Positions 1-8,751 of a DNA stretch of 64,000 nt are shown here, piece after piece. The translations under genes and the position numbers were made by a program. This DNA is from a virus. The notes beneath the pieces are model-generated. The model saw only the letters and a list, made by a program, of their open reading frames with translations. It made no database searches and had not been told where the DNA came from. The stretch is from the IMG/VR virus record IMGVR_UViG_3300005056_000001, positions 1 through 64,000 of that record. One strand, written 5' to 3'. Each line of letters starts with the position of its first letter. The first letter of the stretch is position 1.

Positions 1-865
1 CGGTACTTGTGGTTGCTAGATTAACGGTTATCACTTGCCCACTTAAATTAAGCGTGTCGTCGGTGGTGTCCGAAACAACTCCGCCAAGTGTTAGTGTGTC
101 ATGTATCGAAATATTCAATGAATCAATATCACCCTGAAGTTCTTCTAATGCTGCTTGCGTATCTGTACTGCTCAAATTCCCTGTTGGCACAACCGAAATA
201 CCACTTGCATCGGTTGTGACGATCTCTCTAATTTCCCAATTAGGAACACCATCATTGACATACAGGGCATCCTTGTTTTGTGTATCCACATATGATATCC
301 AACCCTCGCTTGGAGTTGTTCCAATCCAAACACTACCATTGAATTCTGCTATATCACCTTTTGTTGCACTATCCCATGCAGCATTTATGGTTCCAACAGT
401 AAAGTCAATAATATACCTGTCTCCCAAAACCTCTGTTGGTGGAACAAGGGTGCTATTTGCAATGTCGATAACCTTTTGTCTTCTGTTGTAACTAGACGTC
501 AATGCCGAAATATCGGTTTGGTTAGTCGTGATTTGATTGCGTTCGGCATTTGTGATAATGGCTCCCGAACCCGCATTTGTTACGTCATTAAATTCGGTCA
601 CACTATGCAAAGACGGGTCAAATGTACCGCCTCCAACAACAGGAACAAACTTTGTTGTTATGTCATCTAACAGATCTTCGAAAGTCGTGTAATCCCCATC
701 ATTAATCCAATCAACCTCTCTAATACGAACAAATGTACCGTCTTTCATTGAGAGTGTTGCAATCGGATTTTCATCACTAATGGCACTAATGAGGTCTATT
801 CTAATAAGTCGTGCAGTCGGCCCATATCTCATCCATGAACTCCCAACTGCTGTGAATAATGACAT
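1..865 (-). CDS. Tail fibre-like protein, N-terminal ~288 aa; gene continues past the left edge of the window
   Basis: Hand translation of the minus strand. The ATG at 865-863 (MSLFTAVGSSWMRYGPTARLIRIDL...) stays open to position 1, so the ORF has no stop in the window and is absent from the ORF track. Fibre-like segments (TNAERNQITTNQTDISALTSS; STDTQAALEELQGDIDSLN) resemble ORF 38105-38698. Confidence 0.6.
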   Translation of the reverse strand, partial: MSLFTAVGSSWMRYGPTARLIRIDLISAISDENPIATLSMKDGTFVRIREVDWINDGDYTTFEDLLDDITTKFVPVVGGGTFDPSLHSVTEFNDVTNAGSGAIITNAERNQITTNQTDISALTSSYNRRQKVIDIANSTLVPPTEVLGDRYIIDFTVGTINAAWDSATKGDIAEFNGSVWIGTTPSEGWISYVDTQNKDALYVNDGVPNWEIREIVTTDASGISVVPTGNLSSTDTQAALEELQGDIDSLNISIHDTLTLGGVVSDTTDDTLNLSGQVITVNLATTST

Positions 866-902
866 ATTTTATATTTTAATTATGTGTTATTTTTAATTGG
901 TA

Positions 903-1217
903 CTATGCATCAATCAACAAGGCTATTCTTTCGCTATACGCTGTTGCTGTGGCATCGGGTTCGATTGGTGTTCCTAGTACAGTTTTGATAAAAATCTTAT
1001 AGACAGAGGCACGTGTGGCCTTTAATGTATAAGTTACTGAATCACCGTCATCATTAGGATTAATGCTTCCAATGTCACCAAAAGTAAGGGATATAATACG
1101 CCCCTTGTCCTGTAATGTGACATAACCATCTACAACAACGGTTGCTATTTGTGTTTCTCTGTCAAATACCATAGGTATGTTTTTTATGTATGTACCATTG
1201 CATTGATACATATACAA
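903..1217 (-). CDS. Hypothetical protein just upstream of the tail fibre gene (start may be the ATG at 1172)
   Basis: ORF track. Same strand as the fibre gene and 38 nt from it. Alternative ATG at 1172-1170. Confidence 0.5.
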   Translation of the reverse strand: MYMYQCNGTYIKNIPMVFDRETQIATVVVDGYVTLQDKGRIISLTFGDIGSINPNDDGDSVTYTLKATRASVYKIFIKTVLGTPIEPDATATAYSERIALLIDA

Positions 1218-1237
1218 AAACCATTAAACCTAAACAC

Positions 1238-2236
1238 ATGAAAGACACTTCCATATTGGACGACGATTTTATCATACAAACACACGATGTAAAGACAAGC
1301 GAAAATGAATCGTTTCTAAACCCCACAAACAACAACATTGACATACTATCCATATGTGGCGCATCCACGGCAGGAGCAGGTGTTAGCGGTGCCTGTGAAT
1401 ACGTCACAGACAAGGGATACAAACCAACACACCTAATAACAGTAAGTTATGGCAGTGTTATATCCTTACCATTGCTTCTTGGGAAAAAAGAGGCAATCAA
1501 GCAGGTCAGCCTAAACCTGAATCACAAACAATTCTTTAGAGTGTCCCCTATGACAAAAAAAGGCAACATATCTTTTTGGGGTCTAATGAGGATTCTTGGT
1601 TCTGTTGTGGCACCCAATAAAATAAAATCCATAGGGGTACAAGATGTCCAAGGATTATTAAAGACGCACGTTTCAAAAAAAGAGTTCTATGACTACCAAA
1701 AGTCCGACAAGGCAGTGATATATATTTGTACAGTCAAGGCCTCCACAATGGAGCCTGTTCTGTTTAATATCAAGGATCGTAGTGTTACATACCAAAGATA
1801 CCTAGACATCGTTTCTGCAAGTTCTAGGATCCCTGTTTGGACACAGCCAATGGTTATTGACGGCGAGGAGTATTATGACGGAGGAATTACAGACATAAAT
1901 GCCTCATGTCTTCTGTTAGACAAGTTCAAGGACAGCGGTCAGAAAGTGAATGAATTGGTTTCAATCTACCCTTTTGGACGTGGCAACAAAGTAGAAGGCA
2001 AGACCATAAAAGGCGTGTTTGGGGCTATCTTTTGGCTCATAGAAACCCTCATAAAGAATGTCGGCAAGAACGACACACTCGAAGAAATGTTTAAGTGTAA
2101 AAACAGGGACATAAAACTTTCACAAATTCACATACCAAAAATATTGGACAGTCTTTATGATGTGGACAAGCCTAGGCTCCTGAAGCTTTATAATTTGGGG
2201 TTGCAATCTGCCAAGGATAATTTTAGAAAATGGTAA
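1238..2236 (+). CDS. Patatin-like phospholipase (divergent)
   Basis: The sequence LSICGASTAGAGVSGACEYVTDKGYKPTHLITVSYGSVISL aligns to the patatin GGGxRG...GxSxG block (here GASTAG and TVSYG, Ser codon at 1445-1447). EEYYDGGITD supplies the catalytic DGG (Asp codon at 1877-1879). I chose the ATG at 1238 over the track start at 1190. Confidence 0.6.
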   Translation: MKDTSILDDDFIIQTHDVKTSENESFLNPTNNNIDILSICGASTAGAGVSGACEYVTDKGYKPTHLITVSYGSVISLPLLLGKKEAIKQVSLNLNHKQFFRVSPMTKKGNISFWGLMRILGSVVAPNKIKSIGVQDVQGLLKTHVSKKEFYDYQKSDKAVIYICTVKASTMEPVLFNIKDRSVTYQRYLDIVSASSRIPVWTQPMVIDGEEYYDGGITDINASCLLLDKFKDSGQKVNELVSIYPFGRGNKVEGKTIKGVFGAIFWLIETLIKNVGKNDTLEEMFKCKNRDIKLSQIHIPKILDSLYDVDKPRLLKLYNLGLQSAKDNFRKW

Positions 2237-2237
2237 A

Positions 2238-2273
2238 AACAAGAAAGGCTCCATAATTGGAGCCTTTCTTGTT
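2238..2273. terminator. Bidirectional intrinsic terminator between convergent genes
   Basis: Perfect 16-bp stem aacaagaaaggctcca / tggagcctttcttgtt with loop taat, starting 2 nt after the TAA at 2234-2236. Confidence 0.7.
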
Positions 2274-2299
2274 TTGTTACTTGTTTTTTACTTTCTTGT

Positions 2300-2623
2300 T
2301 TACTTTCTGCCTTCTAGTACCGACATGTACTTTAGTGCCAATCTTAGACTCATCTTTATCAAGTCATTTATACGATCCTTATATGATTCGGATACCGCCC
2401 AAAGCACCGATTCGAACATTTCTGCATAAAGCCTTTCAGATTTCACCATATTTCTTAGAAGGTTGCTGTCAAAGTCACGCATTGTAGCACCGTCAGGTTC
2501 TTCTTTTAGTCCCTCTGTCACAGTCGCTCTCAATACCTTTAGTTCATCATGACTCAATGCATATGCCTCATGACTAACCAATTGTTCTTTTGTTGCATTT
2601 TCTAATTTTCTGTTGTCGAACAT
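2300..2623 (-). CDS. Hypothetical protein
   Basis: ORF track; ATG at 2623; no recognisable motif. Confidence 0.6.
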   Translation of the reverse strand: MFDNRKLENATKEQLVSHEAYALSHDELKVLRATVTEGLKEEPDGATMRDFDSNLLRNMVKSERLYAEMFESVLWAVSESYKDRINDLIKMSLRLALKYMSVLEGRK

Positions 2624-2662
2624 AATATATTTTTTTAGTTTTAATTAATATTGATTGCCTTA

Positions 2663-2727
2663 CAAATATAGACAAAAAATCCATACCAAAAAATATGGAC
2701 ACGGATTTTAACATTTCTTTAACATTT
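2663..2727 (-). promoter_or_regulatory. Intergenic cassette: TTAACA-N5-TTAACA element, hairpin, TAnnTTTG box
   Basis: 2706-2727 reads ttttaacatttctttaacattt. There is an imperfect hairpin at 2671-2710. 2663-2670 caaatata is TATATTTG on the minus strand, 40 nt upstream of the ATG at 2623. Confidence 0.5.
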
Positions 2728-2747
2728 ATTTTTTCTTGCCTCAAAAA

Positions 2748-3335
2748 CTACACAATCAATCGTTTTTGATAAAATTCAATCTTTTCCTTAATGCTTGCAT
2801 TGTGCAACTCGATGTCAATGGGGATAATTGTTAATTTATCACAACTCAGTGCCTCGTCAAAGGCTTCTTTTTTTGTATAGACACCTGCATTGGTTTTGTA
2901 AGTAGTGTACCCGCATGAATTATCACAATAGTAAGAATAGCCTTTTTTGACGTAGCAAAATTTAACTGAGTCGTTGTCTAGGATTTCATTCAAGTCCGAC
3001 ACACGTTTTCGCTCGGTCTTAATTTTTTCTATACTTTCTAGTGTGAGTTCCTTTTTCTCAAACGAATACATGTCCATTTCCTTGGCCCTCAAGACAGGAA
3101 TATTAAATAGCGTAATCTCCGAACCACTATCCGTGTCAACCATGGTCTCGTATTTTATTTGCTTGAGGATATCATTTTTGGCCTTGCCCCTGTCTGTGGC
3201 ATATCCATAGAATTCGGAGTGAAAAAATCCATCCTCGATTTTTGACAGGTTTAGCCTCCAACACTTGCTGACCATTTTATATTCTTGTGTCTTGTTTTCT
3301 TGTGCCGTATCCGTTGAATAATTAGTCGTATCCAT
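2748..3335 (-). CDS. Hypothetical protein
   Basis: ORF track; tiles with neighbouring minus-strand ORFs. Confidence 0.6.
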   Translation of the reverse strand: MDTTNYSTDTAQENKTQEYKMVSKCWRLNLSKIEDGFFHSEFYGYATDRGKAKNDILKQIKYETMVDTDSGSEITLFNIPVLRAKEMDMYSFEKKELTLESIEKIKTERKRVSDLNEILDNDSVKFCYVKKGYSYYCDNSCGYTTYKTNAGVYTKKEAFDEALSCDKLTIIPIDIELHNASIKEKIEFYQKRLIV

Positions 3336-3458
3336 TTATACTTTTAGTTTTTAATATACCTTTATTTATATATGATGGCTTTTTTGGGTACCCAAAGAGA
3401 ACGTGTACGATAATTCACAAAAAAATGAAAAATCGTACACGTGGAATTGTCGTACATA

Positions 3459-3947
3459 TTATACATCTCTTTTTAATTCCTCCCTTGTCCAAACAATATC
3501 CACCAATTCCTTTCCGAAATCGACAATGTATCCGTCGGGTCTAATTTCTTCGATAGATCCTGAACACTCCCATTCGCCAAGATGTCCACCGCTTCTTGAT
3601 ACAATCTCGGCATTGGGGAGATTAACTTTAACCGACTCACCCATCAACAACACGTCCTCGTGGTTGGCGGCATTTTCTTTTGTCTGAAAGTCCACAAATT
3701 CCCATCTGATACAATCATACCCCGAAAACTCGTTGAGTCTATGAAAATTGTAGTGTTTCCACCTTGTAATAAAGCAAGTGATGTCTCTTGCCAAATATTC
3801 GGGTTTGTCGCTTGAATACGCATGTTTTGCGATTACTATTAGTGGTGCGGACAACAAGTCTTTTGTTGCCACAAAGTCAAAATATACTAGAGACTTTTTA
3901 TACTCTTCTTTGCGTTCTTCGCTTGTGTAGAATGGTTCTTTAATCAC
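3459..3947 (-). CDS. Hypothetical protein (GTG start)
   Basis: ORF track. The start codon at 3947-3945 is GTG and there is no nearby ATG. Confidence 0.55.
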   Translation of the reverse strand: MIKEPFYTSEERKEEYKKSLVYFDFVATKDLLSAPLIVIAKHAYSSDKPEYLARDITCFITRWKHYNFHRLNEFSGYDCIRWEFVDFQTKENAANHEDVLLMGESVKVNLPNAEIVSRSGGHLGEWECSGSIEEIRPDGYIVDFGKELVDIVWTREELKRDV

Positions 3948-3957
3948 GATTTATTTT

Positions 3958-4491
3958 TTAATTGGTTTTAAATTGAATATATGTTGCGACATCCTTTCGT
4001 CCTGTTTGTCTCTCTATTGCCTTTATGATTGCTTTTTGACAAGGTTCTGTCCAAATTTCTACATGTCCATTACGGTGAACATCCAACATTAGAGGGTATA
4101 TATATTCATCAAAATCCAAACCGCTCACATCGTGTTGCATCAGCACCGCAGCAGCTACGATTTTGGCAGCGGCCTCGTCACCCTCATTGGTAGCCATATT
4201 ATAATCCTCTACAACTTCACCAATAATAGGCTCCTGAGAATCCCAACCATATTTCCATACAATGTTAGCAACACCAATAAATGACGAAAGGTGTGGACGC
4301 TGATACTTGTTAAATCCTTCCATAAACAGTGCGGTCGCCTTTGCTAATTCGCTAGGTGTCACATTGCCTTCCATTTGTGTGACCGTGACCCCGTTTGATA
4401 GGTCTACATTTGTTCTGAACTCGAATTTCCCCATTAAACGAACCACCTGTCGTTGGCATTCTTTTGAATCGTATTTATAATCGTTATTCAT
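3958..4491 (-). CDS. Hypothetical protein
   Basis: ORF track; tiles with neighbours. Confidence 0.6.
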   Translation of the reverse strand: MNNDYKYDSKECQRQVVRLMGKFEFRTNVDLSNGVTVTQMEGNVTPSELAKATALFMEGFNKYQRPHLSSFIGVANIVWKYGWDSQEPIIGEVVEDYNMATNEGDEAAAKIVAAAVLMQHDVSGLDFDEYIYPLMLDVHRNGHVEIWTEPCQKAIIKAIERQTGRKDVATYIQFKTN

Positions 4492-4573
4492 GATTTATTT
4501 TTTGATAGTTTTGTTAAATTAAGCACATTAAGCATATGTTGGTTGTGGGCATGATTCAAGTAAAACAAGAATG

Positions 4574-4849
4574 TTAACGCCTTATTGATTTTACAGGAAA
4601 CGACCAACCAATAGAACTGTTTTCATTAAAACCAACAGTCTTGTACTTTGTTCCTTTTTTGATTATACAATAATTGTATATATTTTTATGGGTGAATGTG
4701 TGAGGATTTGAACTTATAGATTTCTCGCCACAACCAAATTTCTCGACAACCTCCCAATTCAAGAATTTCTCGACACATAAACCATGTGTGTATGCATCGT
4801 GTGGAAGCCAATCCGATAATAATTCCATTTTTTTAATCAAGATTTTCAT
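4574..4849 (-). CDS. Hypothetical protein
   Basis: ORF track. Confidence 0.55.
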   Translation of the reverse strand: MKILIKKMELLSDWLPHDAYTHGLCVEKFLNWEVVEKFGCGEKSISSNPHTFTHKNIYNYCIIKKGTKYKTVGFNENSSIGWSFPVKSIRR

Positions 4850-4872
4850 ATCGTCCGATTTTATTCTGATTT

Positions 4873-5274
4873 TTACATTGGTGAATAATTAAAATAACTC
4901 TGACATTGTTGTTGCTCCTTTAGGATTATTCTATTATTTAAGGAACTAAAGGCAGGTTTCTCAATGTTTTTTGCCCGTAAGCGTTTAATCTTATCCACAG
5001 AATTCATGAACTTCTTTATCTTGTCAATAGCCTCGATTTTTGTGGTACAAATACCCATAAAAGGAGCCATATTAGCAGCCCCGAAAGCAATTGCGTGTTC
5101 CCACCCAACAACCATGTTTTCTACCATCACAAAAAACCGTGATAGTGGTACATTATTTTTGTTCCTGTGGTTTCCACATAAATTCCATTCGTCCTTGATA
5201 ACCTCATACACCTTGAATGTTAGCCCGTCGATAATTTGTGTAAAAACTGCATTGGAAAGTGTAGGAATGTTCAT
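4873..5274 (-). CDS. Hypothetical protein
   Basis: ORF track; ATG at 5274. Confidence 0.6.
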   Translation of the reverse strand: MNIPTLSNAVFTQIIDGLTFKVYEVIKDEWNLCGNHRNKNNVPLSRFFVMVENMVVGWEHAIAFGAANMAPFMGICTTKIEAIDKIKKFMNSVDKIKRLRAKNIEKPAFSSLNNRIILKEQQQCQSYFNYSPM

Positions 5275-5322
5275 AGTAATCTATTGGTAGTGTGAAAAAG
5301 AATATTTAATAATATTGTCCTA

Positions 5323-5387
5323 CAAATATAAGGAAACATAAACCAAAAACACAACAAAACCGAAAGCTTAACGTTTTATTAACATTT
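5323..5387 (-). promoter_or_regulatory. Intergenic cassette: TTAACA-type element plus TAnnTTTG box
   Basis: 5368-5387 reads ttaacgttttattaacattt. 5323-5330 caaatata is TATATTTG on the minus strand, upstream of the ATG at 5274. Confidence 0.45.
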
Positions 5388-5437
5388 CAAACCATGTCTC
5401 CTACTTATCAGTGTCGTTGACCTGTGTAATATCTTTT

Positions 5438-5755
5438 TTAGATTGATCCTTTTGTCTTTTCCAAAAAAAACCTTGCAAAAAATAATTTCCATAAAACAAT
5501 TCGGTTCGTTTTTGAAAGCCCTGCCTTTGACATTGCCCTTTTCATGGCAACCTTACATCCATGCATCTGATTGTCTTTGTCTTTGTCATGTTTAACCGCC
5601 GTTCCTTTGCCTACCACGTCGCCATTCAGCAATACTTCACAGTCGGTTGTTGGTGGCCAAGCTTTTCCGATTCCGTTGTAATGTACATACGGACAAGATC
5701 TCCTGAAGGTTATTTCTATGGTATTATTATAGGGTGTTGTATGTGTCACTTTCAT
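5438..5755 (-). CDS. Hypothetical protein
   Basis: ORF track. Confidence 0.55.
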   Translation of the reverse strand: MKVTHTTPYNNTIEITFRRSCPYVHYNGIGKAWPPTTDCEVLLNGDVVGKGTAVKHDKDKDNQMHGCKVAMKRAMSKAGLSKTNRIVLWKLFFARFFLEKTKGSI

Positions 5756-5782
5756 GATTATATATTTTTGTTTATAATTTAC

Positions 5783-5835
5783 TCAACAATATTAAACAAA
5801 AAAATCCGTACCACCAAATGATAGCACGGATTTTT
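5783..5835 (-). repeat. Terminator/promoter cassette, copy A of a 53-bp duplicate
   Basis: The sequence tcaacaatattaaacaaaaaaatccgtaccaccaaatgatagcacggattttt matches 6263-6315 at 51 of 53 positions. Hairpin aaatccgtac (5802-5811) / gcacggattt (5824-5833). TAATATTG box at 5787-5794 on the minus strand. Confidence 0.6.
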
Positions 5836-5869
5836 AATATAGTGGGCAATATCTAAGGATATAGTTAGC

Positions 5870-6232
5870 CTAGTCACGATTGTATAATATTCTTAAACAG
5901 TCCTTTAGCGCCTCGACCTTGCCAAAATTAACCGAGGCCGCATTGTATGTGGTGTCGCTGTAGGTGATATCCTTTCTACCATCCCACTTTTCCAACTCGT
6001 CTTCGGATTCTTTTAGGTGGTACTTAATTGAGTTTATATGGTTTCCTTTAGAAGGTTCCGTAATAATACAATAGTGTGTGTAGTCGGAGTCTAGAAGATA
6101 CCCACCATCATCTCCCTTGAATGTCTTATAGTTATTCGTCATGCTCCCCTTGAGAACACTGCCATCGTGTTTCCTAACCAATACAGGCGTGTCACGCTGT
6201 ACCATGTTGTCCTTTACTTCAATCCAATTCAT
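5870..6232 (-). CDS. Hypothetical protein, DUF551-like N-terminus
   Basis: The pattern MNWIEVKDNM...TPVLV...THYCIITEP resembles DUF551 proteins. It also resembles ORFs 13244-13534 and 60095-60346. Confidence 0.5.
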   Translation of the reverse strand: MNWIEVKDNMVQRDTPVLVRKHDGSVLKGSMTNNYKTFKGDDGGYLLDSDYTHYCIITEPSKGNHINSIKYHLKESEDELEKWDGRKDITYSDTTYNAASVNFGKVEALKDCLRILYNRD

Positions 6233-6262
6233 TTGTATATATTGTTGTTTGTGAACATTTTT

Positions 6263-6315
6263 TCAACAATAGTAAACAAAAAAATCCGTACCACCAAATG
6301 ATAGCACGAATTTTT
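6263..6315 (-). repeat. Terminator/promoter cassette, copy B of the 53-bp duplicate
   Basis: Near-identical to 5783-5835. The two stem mismatches become G-U pairs only in the minus-sense RNA. TACTATTG box at 6267-6274 on the minus strand. Confidence 0.6.
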
Positions 6316-6325
6316 TTAATAAAAG

Positions 6326-6448
6326 GACGATACATCGGATTCGAACCAACAGCCCGCCATTACCTCGAGTAGCAAATAGACTACCCTCGACTTTGCAGAA
6401 TGGTTTACATTTCTGCTTTCATACACTTTCCAAGTATGTAGGTGTCGC
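6326..6448 (-). ncRNA. tRNA-like structured element (~123 nt), not a canonical tRNA
   Basis: Minus-sense 5' GCGACAC (6448-6442) pairs with 3' GTATCGT, followed by discriminator C at 6326. A T-arm GTTGG-TTCGAAT-CCGAT is present (ggattcgaacc at 6337-6347). Three internal hairpins follow: CATAC/GTATG, GCAGAA/TTCTGC with loop ATGTAAACCA, and GGGTAG/CTACTC. It lies in a 220-nt gap just before a terminator. Confidence 0.3.
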
Positions 6449-6452
6449 CCCT

Positions 6453-6749
6453 TTACTCTTCCAAACCAAGTTTAGCTAGAATAGCAGAAACTTTATTAGA
6501 TATTAATTTCGCAACACTTTCTTCTACCTTTGTCTGTATTTTGTAGGTTGACACTTGGTTTCTTATCGCATGCCTTAATACCTCGGTTGTTTGTTTTTCA
6601 ACTTCGCCTACGATATCGAAATTATCAATAGCCTTTTTTACACCCTCCTGTATTTTTGCCTCAATGTCTTTGTTATTCAGCACAACCTGACTCATGATAC
6701 TTGATGCTGCCACTTCTATCTCAAACTTTACTTTAGTCTCACCCTTCAT
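6453..6749 (-). CDS. Hypothetical protein
   Basis: ORF track. Confidence 0.6.
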   Translation of the reverse strand: MKGETKVKFEIEVAASSIMSQVVLNNKDIEAKIQEGVKKAIDNFDIVGEVEKQTTEVLRHAIRNQVSTYKIQTKVEESVAKLISNKVSAILAKLGLEE

Positions 6750-6791
6750 TTTGTTTTTATTTTTATTTTTATTATCCTATTAAATATTTAC

Positions 6792-7856
6792 CTAGAATAG
6801 CAATGAAATATCCACTCCCGTCTGTGCAAGAACCTCTCTTTCGATCTCGTCCCAAATGAATATATTATTGATTTGGGAATGCCCCTCGTCGATCAAGTCT
6901 CCTAGGCGGGCTTTGATTCCATCTCTAATACTGTGGGTGTCCTTGTTGTCTGCACATACAGTACTAATCATTGCATGCAACACAAACATTGATTCCCTGT
7001 TGTCCATCCCATAGGTCGGGAGCAAGATATCGTCAACCGAAATGAATTGCCCATGTTGTCCATATCTAAAAAGAATATTCCTGAAGTTGGGTATTTTTTT
7101 GATGTTTTGTTTGTGGGTGACGTTCCAATGCTCCATAAACAGTGTCACCGAAATTGCCAACTTGGTGGGTGATGGTTCCTTGGTAACCGCAACGATCACC
7201 GTGGGACTAGCAAGATCGTCTACGCCATAAAACTCATATCCGTTGGTATTGAAGGTAATAGGAGTACCCTTTTCTTTTTCTACAATTTCGCCGTCGCTTA
7301 TATCGCCAACACTGCTCAAATATCTATTGGCAGAATCTTTTGAGTCAAAATAGCCATCGTCTGTTGTTAGTATGGATATCTCTTTCCCGTCAATAAAAAT
7401 GGTGCTATCTGTAAAGTCCTCTACCATGACAGGAGACAATTTTGTTTTAAGATCCTCGTTGTTTAGGTTGTTTAGGTGATACCAAACATACAACGTTTTT
7501 TTGTTGTACGGACAACCCTCGCAAATCTCGGTATTTCTTAGACTTCTTCTTCCGCTGTCGTCTGATGTGTTAATTAGGCTATTAACAAATGCATATGCAT
7601 TTTGTTGTTGGTCAAGATTGCTGTATAGTTTAGGAATGTATTCCTTCCATGCCACAACCTGTTCCATGCTCTTTAACAAGGCCGACACAGGGGATTGGGT
7701 GTTGCTCATGGCATCATTTGAATAGGAGTTTAAAAATGTATCATCCTCTGTGTCATAACATATCGTAAATTCTCTCCACCCGCCCTGACACTTGGCATCG
7801 CCTAATTTTGAATGTATCTCCCATTGTTCCCAAATATCACAGACTCTTTTTTCCAT
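6792..7856 (-). CDS. Hypothetical protein (354 aa)
   Basis: ORF track. Its start overlaps the stop of 7856-8074 by 1 nt. Confidence 0.65.
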   Translation of the reverse strand: MEKRVCDIWEQWEIHSKLGDAKCQGGWREFTICYDTEDDTFLNSYSNDAMSNTQSPVSALLKSMEQVVAWKEYIPKLYSNLDQQQNAYAFVNSLINTSDDSGRRSLRNTEICEGCPYNKKTLYVWYHLNNLNNEDLKTKLSPVMVEDFTDSTIFIDGKEISILTTDDGYFDSKDSANRYLSSVGDISDGEIVEKEKGTPITFNTNGYEFYGVDDLASPTVIVAVTKEPSPTKLAISVTLFMEHWNVTHKQNIKKIPNFRNILFRYGQHGQFISVDDILLPTYGMDNRESMFVLHAMISTVCADNKDTHSIRDGIKARLGDLIDEGHSQINNIFIWDEIEREVLAQTGVDISLLF

Positions 7857-8074
7857 TAGTAGCTTTTTTCGTTCTCGTTTAGTATGGCATCATAATTATC
7901 CTTGATGTAGTCAAGGAGATGTTCATTATGTTTTCTTTGTAACGTTTTTTCACACCACAAAAACCAATACGACGGGGCGTCTTCTAATGTTTTTCCGATA
8001 TGTTCCCCAAATTGGATGACAGTATCATCGTCATAAGGAAGATTGTCGTCTGTGGTCTTGGCAAATTTTTGCAT
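7856..8074 (-). CDS. DUF3820-like small protein
   Basis: FGEHIGKTLEDAPSYWFLWCEK resembles the FGKhkGk.l.dvP..Yl.W motif of DUF3820. Confidence 0.5.
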   Translation of the reverse strand: MQKFAKTTDDNLPYDDDTVIQFGEHIGKTLEDAPSYWFLWCEKTLQRKHNEHLLDYIKDNYDAILNENEKSY

Positions 8075-8122
8075 TATTTTTTGTTTTTTGATGAGGCGAT
8101 TGTCTTGCCTCGATTGTTTTTG

Positions 8123-8482
8123 TTAGGTTTTTATTAAAGCATCAATAGATTTGTTCTTTCCCATAAGATCCGTGTCAATAGAAAAATATGCCTTGTTCGT
8201 GAGGTGTGTTGCGATAAATCCACCAATAGTCACAAAATGTTTTGAGCCCAAATGGGTTCTTGTGTCGGCATGCTCATGCTTACAACACGGTGTTGTGAAG
8301 TCCGTACAGTCATGGTATTCCTTTTTGTCTTCTACTTGACCAAAGTCATATACCTGCCCACAATGTTCGCATATAACAGACTCCTCGCATAATGTATGAA
8401 AGAATTTAACCTCTTGGTAAGCCCCGTGTCGGCCAAGTATTCGAATGGTATCGCTTGAAATTTTTACAGTAGTCTTTTCCAT
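8123..8482 (-). CDS. Hypothetical Cys/His-rich protein
   Basis: ORF track. The segments CEHCGQ...HDC...CCKHEH suggest metal binding. Confidence 0.55.
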   Translation of the reverse strand: MEKTTVKISSDTIRILGRHGAYQEVKFFHTLCEESVICEHCGQVYDFGQVEDKKEYHDCTDFTTPCCKHEHADTRTHLGSKHFVTIGGFIATHLTNKAYFSIDTDLMGKNKSIDALIKT

Positions 8483-8550
8483 AATTGATTTTTGTTAAAC
8501 TAATATTGGTAATGTATAACAAAAATACGACAATAACTAAAAAAGTCGTA

Positions 8551-8751
8551 CTAAAAAAGTCTTCCATGGTAAGTAATACCATCCTTGGTTATTGTTCCTT
8601 CGATGGTTCCTGCTTTTGTACCTGCTTTAGTCAGCTTAAATGTGCCATTACTAGATTTTTCGTAAGCAGTTAAAGCACGGAGCATGTCGTCTTTGTGATA
8701 GCACTTATAGCCCTGTAATATAAAATTATTTTTGTCTTCCTTTAATGACAT
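8551..8751 (-). CDS. Hypothetical small protein
   Basis: ORF track. The start lies inside the first unit of a 22-bp tandem repeat. Confidence 0.45.
   Translation of the reverse strand: MSLKEDKNNFILQGYKCYHKDDMLRALTAYEKSSNGTFKLTKAGTKAGTIEGTITKDGITYHGRLF

Noticed and set aside
216-670. Plus-strand ORFs 216-491 and 476-670
   Set aside because: They lie antisense inside the long open minus-strand tail-fibre reading frame (1-865). They have low-complexity composition and no start context.
1162-1422. Minus-strand 86-aa ORF
   Set aside because: It is antisense to the 5' part of the patatin-like gene and overlaps ORF 903-1217.
6326-6448. tRNA-like elements as attP sites of a temperate phage
   Set aside because: No integrase, recombinase, excisionase or repressor-like lysogeny module is visible in the window, so this cannot be supported here.
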